A stretch of DNA of 64,000 nt, taken from NCBI GenBank assembly GCA_951406725.2, contig OX597823.1, positions 51,398,001 to 51,462,000 of the forward strand, written 5' to 3'. The translations under genes and the position numbers were made by a program. Under the pieces are notes generated by a model. It saw only the letters and a program-made list of their open reading frames with translations. It did no database searches and was not told where the DNA came from. How positions within the stretch are numbered: position 1 is the stretch's first letter; each line of letters begins with the position of its first letter. Shown here one piece after another: positions 39,646-53,589 of this stretch. The stretch comes from Octopus vulgaris. Taxonomy: Eukaryota.

Positions 39646-41352
39646 TGTATATGTTTATGCGAGTGTACGTGTGTGTAAGTTTGCCTCTGTGTGTGTGTGT
39701 GTGTGTGTAATTTCTCGACTTTCTAATATGGGTTAACGTGAGGATATTTTAAAAACATATTATATTATTATATTTCCCCTTTCTATAACCTTTCACTACC
39801 TGGTTTTACAAAATCTCATTTCGCATCATTATTGCTAAGCTTCACTGTTCCTAACAAATCTGGTACGATTTTATTGTTCAATTTATCTTGTTCATACTTT
39901 TGCTGTTTGCTAAAAACTTATACGAATTCATTGCGGATTTCTCTTTAAAAGTAATGAGAATAAAGACGTGATAAAATTATGGTGGGATAATTCTTTAGCC
40001 ATTTATGACGAAAACTGAACTTCGTAAGAAGCAGAGGAAGCTAGTCTCAAAGAAAATATGGGTCAACAATGTGGCACATATAAATACAAACGAATATTCC
40101 TAACAGACGAAGATTGAGTTAAAAGCAAATAAAATGAGATACTCATTGTGTGCTTGTCTGTGTTTTAATGTGCTTTCGAGATGGGGAAAAAAGACAAGGA
40201 ATTGATGGATGCAGTGAGAATAATGAAAAATCTATGTTAAGTTGATATTCAATAATGGTCTGATTTGATGTGGAAAGTGGTCGAAATGATGTTCACGTTA
40301 GCATATCTAAAACGTGACCCGTATTTGCAGTAATGGGAAAAAAAGACTACGGCCTTTTCTAGCGACAGAACTTTAACCCAAGGGGTGAGATTATTGGTAA
40401 TGATTGAACTAGATTTCTTTATAAAGGCTTGCTGTATAAAATACTGATAATTTTCCACGGCTATTATTATAACTTAGTTTCTTTTGGCAATGATTCATAC
40501 TGCATAAAGACAGAAAATATATATAATACATATAATTTTGAATGAGTATTTGAGGAGGTATTTTCTAATATCAGGAAATTTAAAGGAAAAATGACCGATA
40601 ATCAATTAAGACTATCAGCTTTAATAATAAATAATGGATTAGGTTAAATTCTATAGTGAGGATTCTAAAACGGCTTTTGGGTGCTTGACCCAGAGGAAGA
40701 CAATGACTAGTAACGCAAAGTAGCGTGCTTTGTACGTAGAATACTTTACTTCGCAATCATATAAAGTTCAGTTCAGATTCAAAGATGATTGCAAATAATG
40801 AAGTGGCGAGGGATGTTTATATCTATGGTGACTAAACATAGAATATTATTAGTGACTCTCTATCGATTTCTAGTACGATATGGTCTCACATATTTAATGC
40901 AATGATTTGCAAAATTTCATCGACTGAGATTATCTAAACATGCTGCGGACAAAATTCATTCCAAGGCTGTTGAAATTCTAAAAACAAGAGAGATTGACGG
41001 ATTTTGTTAGAATTATCACATTGGTTTATTGCTTTCAGATTTCAAGCACCACTAAAGGGAGGTTTTCTCTACAAATTGCCTGGATAGTATCATATGGTCG
41101 AAGTGCTTCAACCCATTATATAACAAACGTGACTCTTCATCGTACATGTACTTAGTACGCATAATGGTCACCCTCCAAAATACCTATTTATAAAGGTCAT
41201 CATTATTTTACACACCCTATTTTTATTATTGCTTTCTCTGTCTCACTATAGACACACACGTGCGCACACATACACACACAAATACTCACACATACACACA
41301 CACATATATATTTAAATATGAATTGGAAGCAGTGTGAGTGTTGTAAACTTAC

Positions 41353-41442
41353 ACACTCAATATATGTGTTTCGTTTGTTCGCTGGTTGGCTGTGATTCGA
41401 TGCGATAGCGGTGACCTTCTCAAAGTGCGGATGGTAAAACAC
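41353..41442 (-). other. Candidate 90-nt exon of an unidentified gene
   Basis: Minus-strand acceptor ttgactttcag| and perfect donor |gtaagt; length divisible by 3; two frames open; unique, relatively CpG-rich context. No homology recognised. Confidence 0.3.
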
Positions 41443-43534
41443 CTGAAAGTCAATGTCATACGCAGGCGAGACAATACACCCTACGTGTTTGTGTGTTCGA
41501 TAGTGTTTGCAATACTCGCGCTGCTCTAATTCATATTTGAATTTATTTCTATGTATGTTTCGTTCAGGCATACTAGCAGATGGTTTTTACACCATTTTAC
41601 ATCTAGTCAAGGACTGGATATTCAATTTATCTCCGGTTCGGATCAGGTACATAATGTTGATAAGCCACAAAAATGGCGAAACATCAATGTCCACCACTCT
41701 TGAATGGAACTTGAGGTGAATTGTCTCGCCTGTCTGTGACTATGAGTTTCAAGTATTTTAACACCTGAAACTCTTTGAGAGGGTCACCTCCACCACGCCG
41801 AATCGCAGTGGAGCGGTGAACTACCAAAACACATATATCGTGTACGCATGCTCGATTATATATATATTTCTTCCTAACCAAATGGTTCCGGATTCAGCCC
41901 CACAGCGGGGCACTATAGGTACGTGTTTTTTCTATTTTACCACTTTGCCTTTCATTCTCTTAGGGTCGATAAATTAACCACCAGTGAAACCATTCGATCG
42001 ATATAATCGACTAGTCTCCTCTCCCAATAAACATTTTGAGAGCATTTCTCATCGTAAAACACCGGTTTCATAAACAAACAAAATCCTTTTAATAGTTTGC
42101 TAATTTTCTTATGGATTGTAAAGGATTATTTTTAGAGAAATCGAAATAACTTTACTTGCGTTTTCTATTTGTTCTTTTGCCGTGCTTTTCGTAGTCATTT
42201 TTAAAAATGATTTTGTAAGATTGTACTGTTATATACTTAGTGCTGTATTTCATTCAGAACTAAATTTTTTCCCTGTTTTTAGATGTCATAAAGATGTCAA
42301 TGAAATTATGATTCACAACAATCAAATGACACCAAAGCAATTTTCTGATGCTTAGAGCATTATGATGTATGAGCATAAATTACTGCAGCATTTCCTGGCC
42401 CTATTCGCGTTTATTAATAACTAAAATACATACAGTCATCCGAGTTCGCCGTTTTTGATAAATGGTTTTAAAAAGATGTTTACAATATGATGGTGCGGAA
42501 ATGTTGATTCACTCATATTTGTTGCATTTAAGCTATACTAAAGTATTATAAAAGGTCAAACGACCCTATGGCCTTCCCCTTGAAAGGATGGCGCTGTGAA
42601 AAATTCCAAAATTGAAACCTACAACTTGGAACAAACATTGATACAGGCATAAATACATACATCTACTTTATATCTTACGATACAGAAATGTCGGTAGGAA
42701 GACATAGTGGTTGGACTTGGTTTTTTTCTTTTTTAGCATTTATTGTCACTTTCATTTATTAGTCTATATGTCAATATATTTACACTAACGGCGGCAGAAT
42801 CGTTTGCACGCCAGGCAAAGTTTGAACTCAAATCGTAGAGAGTCGCGACAAATGCATATGCATACTGGTTGATGCCGTAACGATTCTGCCTGTTCGCTTC
42901 ATGACTGGTCAAGGGTGAAGATTCTGTGTGGACTTTACGTGAAGATACTTTAGCACTAGTGAAAAGATGTTTAGCATCTGCAAAGAAGTGTGCCTGTTAG
43001 AAGTTATTGTGGGTGTGTTATTGATAAATTAAAGGAAGAGTGAGAAAAATATAACTTAAACTTAAGGTTGATACGAGTTGATTGAACGTGTGTTCGAGAT
43101 AGTATCAACAGTATCTACATTGAATTGACAGTAATCCTCTAATGTCGATATTAAAGACATACAGAGTCTATGAGGAAGAAATACAGCGATATGGTTCTCT
43201 TGCCAAACACCGTCAAAAATTTTACTACTGTCAAGAGTAACAACATTGCTATTAGCGAAGTTCTTAAACGTGATAGTATTACACACTGGTCGATCTCGCT
43301 CTCCGTTGATCGTACTCGTGATGAAGAACAGAAAAGAGAGAAATTATGGGTGATGAAATTTTCTTCACCAGCAGATCAAGGCATTTTGCTGCAGATGCTG
43401 TAATTATTCTTGCTGCTGTTGTTATTGTAGTTGTTCATTTTTCTTGACAGAGCACGCCAAAGTTCAAATTCGTTCATGTTATGAGAACTATCCTATCCGT
43501 TTTTTTCAGGCATTGTCAACATAGGGCCACTTTA

Positions 43535-43915
43535 GAATCTTTTCCCTTTGAACGGCAGATCGAGAAATTAATTTTTTGTAACTAAGCACTTTCAAACCTC
43601 GGACACTGGTAGAATGTGTTATATAAAACATCTTTTATTATTTGTGTTGTTGAGAAAAGTTTCTATTTTCAAAGTTATTTCGTGTTAAAGTTGTATTTCG
43701 GTAATTTTACTCAGCTGAATTCACGTCATTGATTGGTTGAAATTACCGAAATACGACAACTTTAACACGAAATAACTTTGAAAATAGAAACTATTCTCAA
43801 CAACACTAAGATTAAAAAATGTTTTATATGACACATTCTACAAGTGTCCGAAGTTAGAAAGTGTTTAACTACAAAATATTAATTTCTCGATCTGCCGTTC
43901 AAAGGGAAAAGATTC
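43535..43915. mobile_element. Foldback (almost wholly palindromic) MITE with 8-bp TSD
   Basis: Termini gaatcttttccctttgaacggcagatcgagaaattaat / attaatttctcgatctgccgttcaaagggaaaagattc; arms pair for about 170 bp; TSD ccacttta at 43527-43534 and 43916-43923. Confidence 0.9.
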
Positions 43916-44098
43916 CCACTTTATCCCTCTAGTGGTATCAAGTTCGACGATAATTTATATAGGATAATCTATATAGGATCCATTATTGATTCATACTCAT
44001 AAGCCTACTGTCCCAACAGGTGTGAAATATTTTTACGATAAGCATTTTCACTGGAGAATATTTCCGTTAAGTTACTTTAAAAAATGCGAATTTGATTA

Positions 44099-44312
44099 AG
44101 GCGGTGCGGTGGCATAATCGTTAGCACGCCGGGCAAAATTGCTTTGCGGCATTTCGTTCATATTTACACTCTAATTTTAAATTCCGATGAACTCAACTTT
44201 GCTTTTTATCCTCTCGGGGTCAATAAAACTAGTATCAGTTTAGTGCTGGGCTCGATATAATCAACTTACACCCTCCCCTGAACTTGCTGGCCTTGTACCA
44301 GAATTCGAAACC
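44099..44312 (+). mobile_element. SINE family A (older copy)
   Basis: aggcggtgcggtggcataatcgttagcacgccgggc..ctttgctttttatcctctcggggtcaataaa. Confidence 0.75.
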
Positions 44313-45391
44313 AATATATTAATTTGATAAATGCCAGATAAGTTTTATAACAGATTTGTAATTCTTAGAGATGAGGGATCTTGGTAAAAGAAAAACAAAG
44401 CAAAAAAAAAACATCAAAAAAATAAAAACAATCTGATATAAATATCGTCATAGGAGCTATATTTTCCCAATAAATAACTATTTATATGGTGAAACTGGAA
44501 AAAAAATATTGGCCTCACCTGTATTGTGCAATGAATGATATCAGCATTGCTGGCCTTGGTTTCGTGATGCGGAAATCTTTTCATATGTTATTTATCTCGA
44601 TAAAAAAATAGAAAAAAAATCAGTATGAGGAAATTTCCAAAGAAAGAAATGTTGCAAATCTGTAAAAGAAATATGGTTATCAATAGATATTGATTTACCG
44701 CATAGATACTAGCTGAATGTAACTGATGCTTTATTTGATCTTGTTGAGTTACAGTTTTTACATAAAAAAAAGACGTGATGCGTAATTTCTTTTTCTTAAA
44801 AATATAACTAGTAAGCTATCTTTTGGCAACCTCATCGTTCAAAGGAGAATGTATGATACTGTATTTCTAAAGGCACGAGAGAGGAATTCTAAATATAATT
44901 CGTTGAATAGATTGATAATTTTATGAGAAAAACGCTTCTTCCGATAGTCGCATCTAACCTTATTTTCATACAAATAAGGCCAACACCATTGGTCAAAGAC
45001 CCTGTGTTGAATTTCTGGTATCAATTACTTGTCACAAGTGTATAGATTTGTTTGCAACAATCGATTTTCTGCTTCCTATAAACCTGCGGGTAAAAGTTTT
45101 GTTTAAAATATGTCACTAGTAATGAATATTTTCAATCAGAAGTAATGCGTGATGAAATGTATGATTTCGGCCCTAACTGAGGTCAATTCACTCTGGGTTA
45201 AAACTTTCAATATTATAGGGAAGCGCATAGTGTTGTCATTAGTTGTTCTTTTGAGAGATGTTATATTTCCAACCCCTAAACACAATGATATGTGTAATAT
45301 AGACTCTCCCGTTGAAGACAATGTATGAATATCCATCTTTTGCCGACCGACCTGCACAAAATATCTTTTTACAGTGATCAAATATATGCTA

Positions 45392-45700
45392 TTGTTTGTT
45401 GTTGTTTGTTCCTTCTCGAGCCATGCATAGCTCATAAGGGCCGGTTTCCCGGTTTCCTTGGCGTATAGTTTTCCCACCTGGACGGGACGCCGGTCTGTCG
45501 CAGGTGAGCTGCAATGTGCAGGAGGAAAGAGTCAGAGAAGGTTGTGGCGAAGGAGTCAGCAGAAGTTCGCCATTACCTTCTGCCGGAGCCGCGTGGAGCA
45601 TGGGTGTTTAGCTCATAAACACACACATCACCCGGTCTGAGATTCAAACCCACGATCCCTCGACCGCGAGTCCACCGCTCTAACATCTTGGCCATGTGCC
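45392..45700 (-). mobile_element. tRNA-derived SINE family D, followed by another degenerate SINE head (about 45760-45890)
   Basis: Minus-strand head ggcacatggccaagatgttagagcggtggactcgcggtcgagg..ggtttgaatctc; (aaca)n-type tail. Confidence 0.75.
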
Positions 45701-45924
45701 ATACTATCTTTATCAAATCGACGTTGCTCGAACAAGTTCCCGGTGTGCCACAAGTCAGAAGTGGAAGTGATCGCAGAGCAACGTGAGATGAAGTATTTTT
45801 ACTCAAGAGCACAACGCACCACCCAGTTTAGGAACTAAAACCACGATCTCGCGATCGTTAGTGCAACACCCTAACCATGATACGATGCGCGTTCATGAAT
45901 ATATTATGTAATACAATACATATC

Positions 45925-47300
45925 CCTAGTCTGGCCGTTGAGGCACCACTGCTGACCTTGCGACCAGATCCCTCCACCCGTCCCTGTCTTCTACCCCTCG
46001 CACTGCGTCTCTCATCTTTAAGTCTGTCCACTTACAGATGTTGCTTTCCCACCTCTTTCTCTGTCTGTCTCTGCATCTACCAATTTCGACGGTTCCGTGA
46101 AGTAAAGTTTTTGTGATATTCCTGATGAGCGGGTGACATGCCCAAACTACCTGAGCCTGTGTTTCTTTACTGTGGTAAAAAGTCCGTCATAGGGGCCCTA
46201 TTTCTTGCCTTATTCTTCTTTTCACTTCTTCATTTGTGACTCGAATTCTGTATGAGATTCCCAAAAGCCTCCTGAAACATTTCATCTCAGTAATCTGGAT
46301 TCTTCTTTAGATTTCTGCTGTCAGTGTCCACGTTTCGCAAGCGTATAGTAATATTGAGATCACTAGTAGTCTCAGTAGATATTTCTGTTTTTCCACAGTG
46401 TTCTGAATTTGGTCATTGCTGCTGTTGTTTTGACAATGCGGGATATCACTTCAGGCTTGGAACCTTGGTCACTCACTAGCACCTCAAGCTATTTGAAGTT
46501 TTGAACATGTTTAAGCTCAACTCCATGTTAGTATTGATTCCATTTGGGCAGTTTGTCTTAACTTTTGTTTTCTTTGCGCTCATCTCCATGTCAAATTCAT
46601 TGGAGGTCTTGTCAGGTGCTCTACTAGTTGTTTCAATTCTTGTTCTGAGCCCGTTCGCCCGACAATATCATCGGCAAAATGCATGTTTGTCAGGTTTCTG
46701 TCACTAATGCTAATCGTGCCATTGCGATCTTCCAGTGCTTCGATCATAATCTGAAGGAAGATGTTCAACAGGGTTGATGAGAGCGGGCAGCTTTGTATTA
46801 CACCGATTGTTCTTTTGAACCACTCGTCAATGCTGCCGTCAAGGTAAACAACATCACTCGATTCATCATACAGACCACCAATGGCACGAATGAGTTTCAC
46901 GTTAATGTTATATAGCCTCGTGGTCGACCAGAGTACTGCATGCCGCACTCTATCAAATACCTTTTTCGAAGTCCCCAAACACATGTAAAAGTTCTTGATA
47001 GTACTGAAGATAACACTCACACAAGATTCCTAAAATTTGTTCTATTGTGCTGCAACCAACCCTTAATTCCTGCTTGCTCCTCAGCAATGATATCCTCCGC
47101 TTGGGGATTTAATCTATTAAGGGTGATTCTCAACATCACTTTCCTTCGGTGGTATATCAAGCTAATAGTTCTGCAGTTCTGGCGTTATTGTAGATTCCGT
47201 TTCTTTTTGTTTTCTTTTTGGCAAGATCATCACCAGCAATGGAGTCTGAGGTGCGGGCCACTCTCCTGCCTGTTAGATCTGATCACATATTATAAGGAGC
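45925..47300 (-). mobile_element. Degenerate RTE-clade LINE (RT and C-terminus)
   Basis: KKVFDRV, GVIQSCPLSSTLLNIFL and NMHFADDI, then LVISILLYACETWTL..EMKCFRRLLGISY..VTNEEV, typical of RTE; many stops and frameshifts. Confidence 0.88.
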
Positions 47301-50300
47301 TAGTGCAGGCACGAGGAGAGGCCATGGTGGATGCAGCGCTCCTTGTAAAATATATATATACACATATATATATATATATATATGAATGTGTATGTGTATA
47401 TAAGTATATGTATATATATATGTATATAAAACTGAAAGAAGCTCATTATATATATGTGGTTGTGTGTGTATATATATATGTATGTATATATCTTCTTTTT
47501 GGCTTCTCGTTCTGTTTACTGAGCGGGTATTTTCACGTCTGTTGCAAGCTTGATATCCACAAGCCCGATTCGATAAAGTTTTGATCAGTTAAGCAGGTTA
47601 AAACTTGTAGTTTCCTTGCTTTTTCTCCTTTTTCTCTTGTCTCGAGGAAAAGCTATTTGGAAAGATAAACGTTGAGAGGCAATTTTGTGCCTAATACAAA
47701 ACTCTGTTGTTGAAAGTATGTGCGTTCATTTGCATTACTATTAAGTAAGGAAGAAGCCTTTACGTAACGCTATATTTAACCTATAAATTTAATAGATTGA
47801 TCAAATGAAACGCTTACTTTCCATTCTGATGAGATCTTGAACTTATGATGTAACATACTACTGGCAAGTAATCAGTTTGGTCGTAACTCTCCCACTGTGT
47901 AATTATGTTACCGCTGGGATATTGTTTCATTCATTACGTAGGGCACAACAGAGGGCCAATAACTAGATAGAAACTCATCACCCGTCATTAACAAAAAAAA
48001 AAAGAACGACCAACACTGTGTTCCTTACTTTAGTGAGGTAACACAAGGTTATGACAGATTCGTTTGTCTGTAACGTGACAGCTGAAAAGCTATTGAAAGT
48101 GGGCAGGATAGAGATTATGACACACCAATTTACGTAAGTTCTGTGTCACTGAAAGGAAAGACTAAGTAGTTATTAATCCACAACATTATATAATATCGAC
48201 TCTTATTCTAGTTTTAATCCTTTCAATTGATGCAACTCATCTTTGCCTATTTCTTGCTTTACTCGCTCTCTTTCTTTCTCTCCTCTACTACACACACGTA
48301 CATATGCACACACTTTCTCTCTTTCTTGTTTAGCACTCCTACTCCGTTATATCCTATTCTTTGCAAACCATTGTTATCCTATCTTCAGTAGTCTTGTGTA
48401 TTAGCGTAGAATTATTAGGATATACTTGAAAAGAAGTATTCCAGATGGTCAGAGTCGATGGCTGTTTTGACGTATGCAGAAACGAACAGAAGATATTAGA
48501 ATGACTGATAAATTAGACAAAGATTAGAGCTAGAAATATTAGACATCGACCGTGCTCTCACTAACCAGTAGTAGTCAATACATTACATTAAATGACTGAA
48601 TAATTCAGAAAAGTCTGTTTACTCACGAAGTTTTTAAGATAATTTCAACTTTTCCTGAAATTATATTTTGTAAACTATATTTACATTTATTATAATTATT
48701 TAAATAATCTTGTCAAAAATAATGTTTAATAATTATGTATTTCCAATTGCGAAAGAATTAAGACAAAATTTCATACATTGATCTTCTTTGTGTTTATCAC
48801 TGCTGGTATGACGCAAGGGCCTTTCATTCCCGATCAAAATTATTTGCCATAGTGCACTACATCCATTTTCGTTCTGATTCCACACTCTCCGTCTGGTGGA
48901 CGTAGTCTTTTGAAAAATTCTATTCTGTTAAAATAAGTAACAATGAAATTACCGGATGAATGTAATCTATTTTACTTCTAGAGTAATCTATTTTACCTCA
49001 AATAACTGAAAATAGTAAAAAAATACTCCAGTAATATAACGAGAATCAGTAATGTGTTGAAATATAGTTCGACAGAGTTCATAGTCAGATACAGAAGTTG
49101 GTTAAACAAATAACGTAATTAATGTGAGCAGAGTGAGAGAACATGAAGAGTTAATTTGTTATATTTCTTGTTCAGAGGTCAACAACCCAGGATCCACCGA
49201 TTTTATTGAATATGTGACATCGCATACAAAAATTCATAATTTTCTTCATCAGTTCTTAGTTAACAAACTATAAAACTCACCAACGGAAATTACATCAAAT
49301 CTTTCATTTTTTCACTAGCATCAACATTTTAATATTAATGATGATATAACGAAAAATAGAGAGATTACTTCATTTTGTAAAACTTTTTCGACCAGTTAGT
49401 CCAGTGATTTATATTAGACTAGTTACAATACTTTCACCTTCTTAAATGAATAGAACGAAAGAGAACAGCGTCTCATATATTGTTGCAATAGTGTTGAATA
49501 AACGATGCTAGTTAGGAACAGCGAGTAACATAAAATGTTTTCTTTGCCGTCGAAGAACACATATAAATTATCTGTTACCACATTTCTCTCAAAGTGTGAT
49601 CTGCAACTCTAGAATTATTTGAAGAATAAATAAAACGTTTCTGCAGTGAAAGAATAATATAGTCCATGATGGCCCTAACGTATACAGTACTGTCAATGTT
49701 GTTTCAATTTGATGGACAAATGTCGTCTGTATGAAAGTTCTAAGTATGTTTGTGCATCGCTTTGCTTTCTTAACTTTGTCTTTATTGTGTATGGCCAATG
49801 ATGAAGGGCGGCAGCAAATGATGAAATACTGTCGACGTTAGCACAAAAAGACAAACTTAGAACGCTGCCGTCAATGTAATCCTGTGCAGGGAAGTCCTAT
49901 TTTCTTCATTTATGCTAACATCCAGTATAGTTCTGAAGAAAATTCACCTTTTCACAACAGACTATAAACGCTTAAAAAAGAAAATACTATTCAGAATATC
50001 GAGATAAGTGAAACGATCACACGATAGAGGTGTGTTTCAAGGACACGCTAGAAACATATTTGGAAATTCTTAAACTTCATCGAGATTCCTCGTATCATTA
50101 TAACATTGAATCAACAACACTCATCAACAGTATGAAAGAAACTGAAATCAAATACGAGTGTAGCAATCTAAAATGCTCGGTTAGCATATGCACGAATGAG
50201 TGTTAAGAATCCAACTGTATGAAAGGTTAATATTGATGAAAATGTTCTAACAAATAAGCTATGGTGATCATCAAGGAATGATAGCAGCCAACATTGTTGT

Positions 50301-53300
50301 ATTGGTGGAACAAAGTACGAGAATAATTAGGGACATGAAGGAGATTTATAATCATGCTAAGAAAGAGTAAGGTAGTCCGCTACTGTGCCTGAAAGGTTTT
50401 GGTCTTACTCCTCACCCATTAACGATGCTACCCTAACTTGACGCCGATTGTAGATATATTTAGTCTTAGAGCACAGTTTTTGCCATCTGAGTAAAATGAG
50501 GCAATATGAAATAAAGTGTGCTACTCAATGGAATTAAGCTCACATTCTTATGATCGAGAGCCCCATTGATTCACCTTTAGGTCACTCGCATTTTCATAAC
50601 CATGTAAACATTGCTGTAATTTATAACAATTTTTTTAGGCAGTCGATGAAGCTTCCACTAGGTCACCCGAAATAGCCGCTCAATTTTACTCACGTTACAT
50701 TAGCTGGTCTTTAAAAGGAGAACATACTCTGATTACTATGGCAAAACAAAGGATGACTTTGTCATAAATGAAATGATCCGGTGTAAACTAGAACAACAAC
50801 AGTGCATTGTTATATTTCCTTAATTACACAATCATAAATAGTTGGCATATAGAATCTACCAAAGATATTTTGGTAGCTTCTAATAGTGTGCATGTTTCAA
50901 ATTACTCCCATTTAGTGTCATACAATAAATGCTTTTATCCCACGATGGTTTGAAAGTTTGTGTGTTTAACTTTTTGGTGCACTGTAGACGTGGTAAATAC
51001 ATATTAAACTATATACTGTTTCTGGTAGACTGCTTTATATATTACTTTCTGTCAGTAATTTCACGTATCTCTAACAAGTCCACAAGAAGATGCATTCTCC
51101 TTTTTTATTGTCGTTGACTCGGAATATGGCTAATTTCTCAAAGAAACGTATAGAGTTAATGGAGTCATCTCTAGTGTAAAACTGTTATTCTATCAATCCG
51201 TGAAAGATGGAAGGGCAAAATTGATCATGGCGGAATCTGAAAACAGAATTTAGAAATATAATATCGTTAGTTCGGTATTCAAATGTGTTTAGCACCAACT
51301 TGTTATCTAACATTATGAAAATATATATAAATTTTGGACATAAATTATTATGGTGTTTTGTAATCGATTTTGTCTCACCCGGTTCTTGATAAATTCCGAC
51401 TAGACCCTATAAGTAAATTCGGAACATGCATTTCATGATATTAAGCCAATTGTACTTTACCACTTTGAACCATTTTGTTTTCTAGCATAGGAAGAAAGTG
51501 ATGAATTTCTCTGACGTTACGCTCGATTTGATCCTGTAAATTCGGCCTTGACAAGATTTGATCTCAGAGCGTTAAGGAGCGTCACTAGATATTACAAATA
51601 TTTAACTGTTACTCTACTGATCTTACCAACTAACACCTTCATGTACTTAAACATAATTAACCTAAATCTTCATCCCCTTTTGTGGAGAAATACTATTCTT
51701 CTACCACATTCCTGTGGAAACAAATTAATTATGTAGTTCTACAGTTGCAGGTGCATGGGGTTTTCAACAATTTTGTCAATATGCTATCTTAGCAATTCAT
51801 TCTTGTGGTGACTAATTTTTGCCATTGTTGCTCAGGAGCAGTTCCCTGATTGATAAAATTCAATTAAAAAATGAATGTAGATTAACTCATCTTTACTCAG
51901 GTCCTCCTTTTTCTCATTTAGTGTAAATTTTTGATGATTGTGTATGTTTTATGGGGGGGGTGGAGACTTCTCTTTGTGAAGAAAGATTGGTTGTTCTTTT
52001 GTTAACACGTTTCTTCTTGGCTGCTCAGTTGCTTTACAGGGGAAGATGATGTTGATGGAAATTTATTCATTCACTTTGATTAAATAAAATACACCATACA
52101 TTTATTTAATTTCCTATAAAATACAATATTTGCATTTTTGTAGATAGAAGTGTCTCAACGTAATTGTTCCTCATCAGCACAAACTAATTCGCGATATATT
52201 ATTTAGTTTTGCTTTGTGTTTGGTTAATTTGTTTTGTTTTTGTTTCACTGTACCTTCTTAGTATAAAATGATAAATTCTTATTTCAGGGGCAGGCATTAT
52301 AGCGTACAGCAATGCCTATTTCGGTAAAAGATTGGTTTGTGGAGTTTGTGTATAGGTTTGTATAAATGCCAGTGAATATACTTGTGTACATGTGTGTGTG
52401 TGTGTAAATGTCGATTTATACATATACATATACATGTATATATATATATGTATAAACTGTATGGCATTTAAGTGGACGGCATGTTTTATCGTGTTTACTG
52501 GTCAGCATAAATTTGTCTTTTCGTATAGTGTCGCCGTTCCTACGAGCTGACTAACTGCATAAAAGCATGGCGTGAAGTGTTAATCCTGCATTGCTTGCAG
52601 AGGAAATCAAAACGAATGTTTTATGTAAAAGATCAACATTATTTCAATGTAATGTAGCAGTAAGAGGCTACATCTCTTACAAAGTGTATTGATACATCCA
52701 CTGATTTATGACTGTAGAAATAATAGAAACACAACTACAACCCTATTCTCAAATTTTGTTTAGTTAACAATGATATATACTTAGATCGTTAGATGTGTAC
52801 AGAGCCAACGCACAGTAACTCAGCACATAATTAGTAAAGAAAACTAAAGTCTTCCTATATGATATTATACGCAGACAGGCAGATAGGCAAACAAAGAATT
52901 TGATTGATTGACAGAGAGACTGTTGAAGTAAACATTTCATTCAGCGAAGGTAGTATCATACCTATTTTTGTATTACTGTCTTATCCTCTAAATCACACAT
53001 TAAATACACTACAAATATGTATTGATCATTGCATGCATGGACACATACATTTCCGTAGACATAAGTGTGTATAAGTATGCATACTTAAAGACGTACTGAC
53101 GAGTTCTCACAAAATACACAAACAGTTGATCTCTTCCACATACACGCTATGAAAACTAGTTTTCTTTACATTTTATATTTGCTTAGAAGCATTATTATTT
53201 AATATATGTATATATATATATATGTATATATATTATTCGTTTTAGCCATGCGGCTGCGATCATGCTTATAAGCATGTATGTATATGTATTATATATACAT

Positions 53301-53408
53301 ATATATATATACATATATATATATACATATATATATACATATATATATATATACATATATATATATACATATATATATATACATATATGTATATGTATAT
53401 ATTATGTA

Positions 53409-53454
<46 letters not shown>

Positions 53455-53471
53455 CATATATATATATATAT

Positions 53472-53589
<118 letters not shown>

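Noticed and set aside
49807-49872. Hairpin ggcggcagc/gctgccgtc enclosing ATGATGA (C/D snoRNA- or SECIS-like)
   Set aside because: No box D CTGA; the SECIS helix II pairs poorly and the apical AA is misplaced.
52288-52323. Possible micro-exon reading AGIIAYSNAYFG, reminiscent of an SRCR motif
   Set aside because: The following residues do not fit G.GPIW and no other SRCR exons were found.
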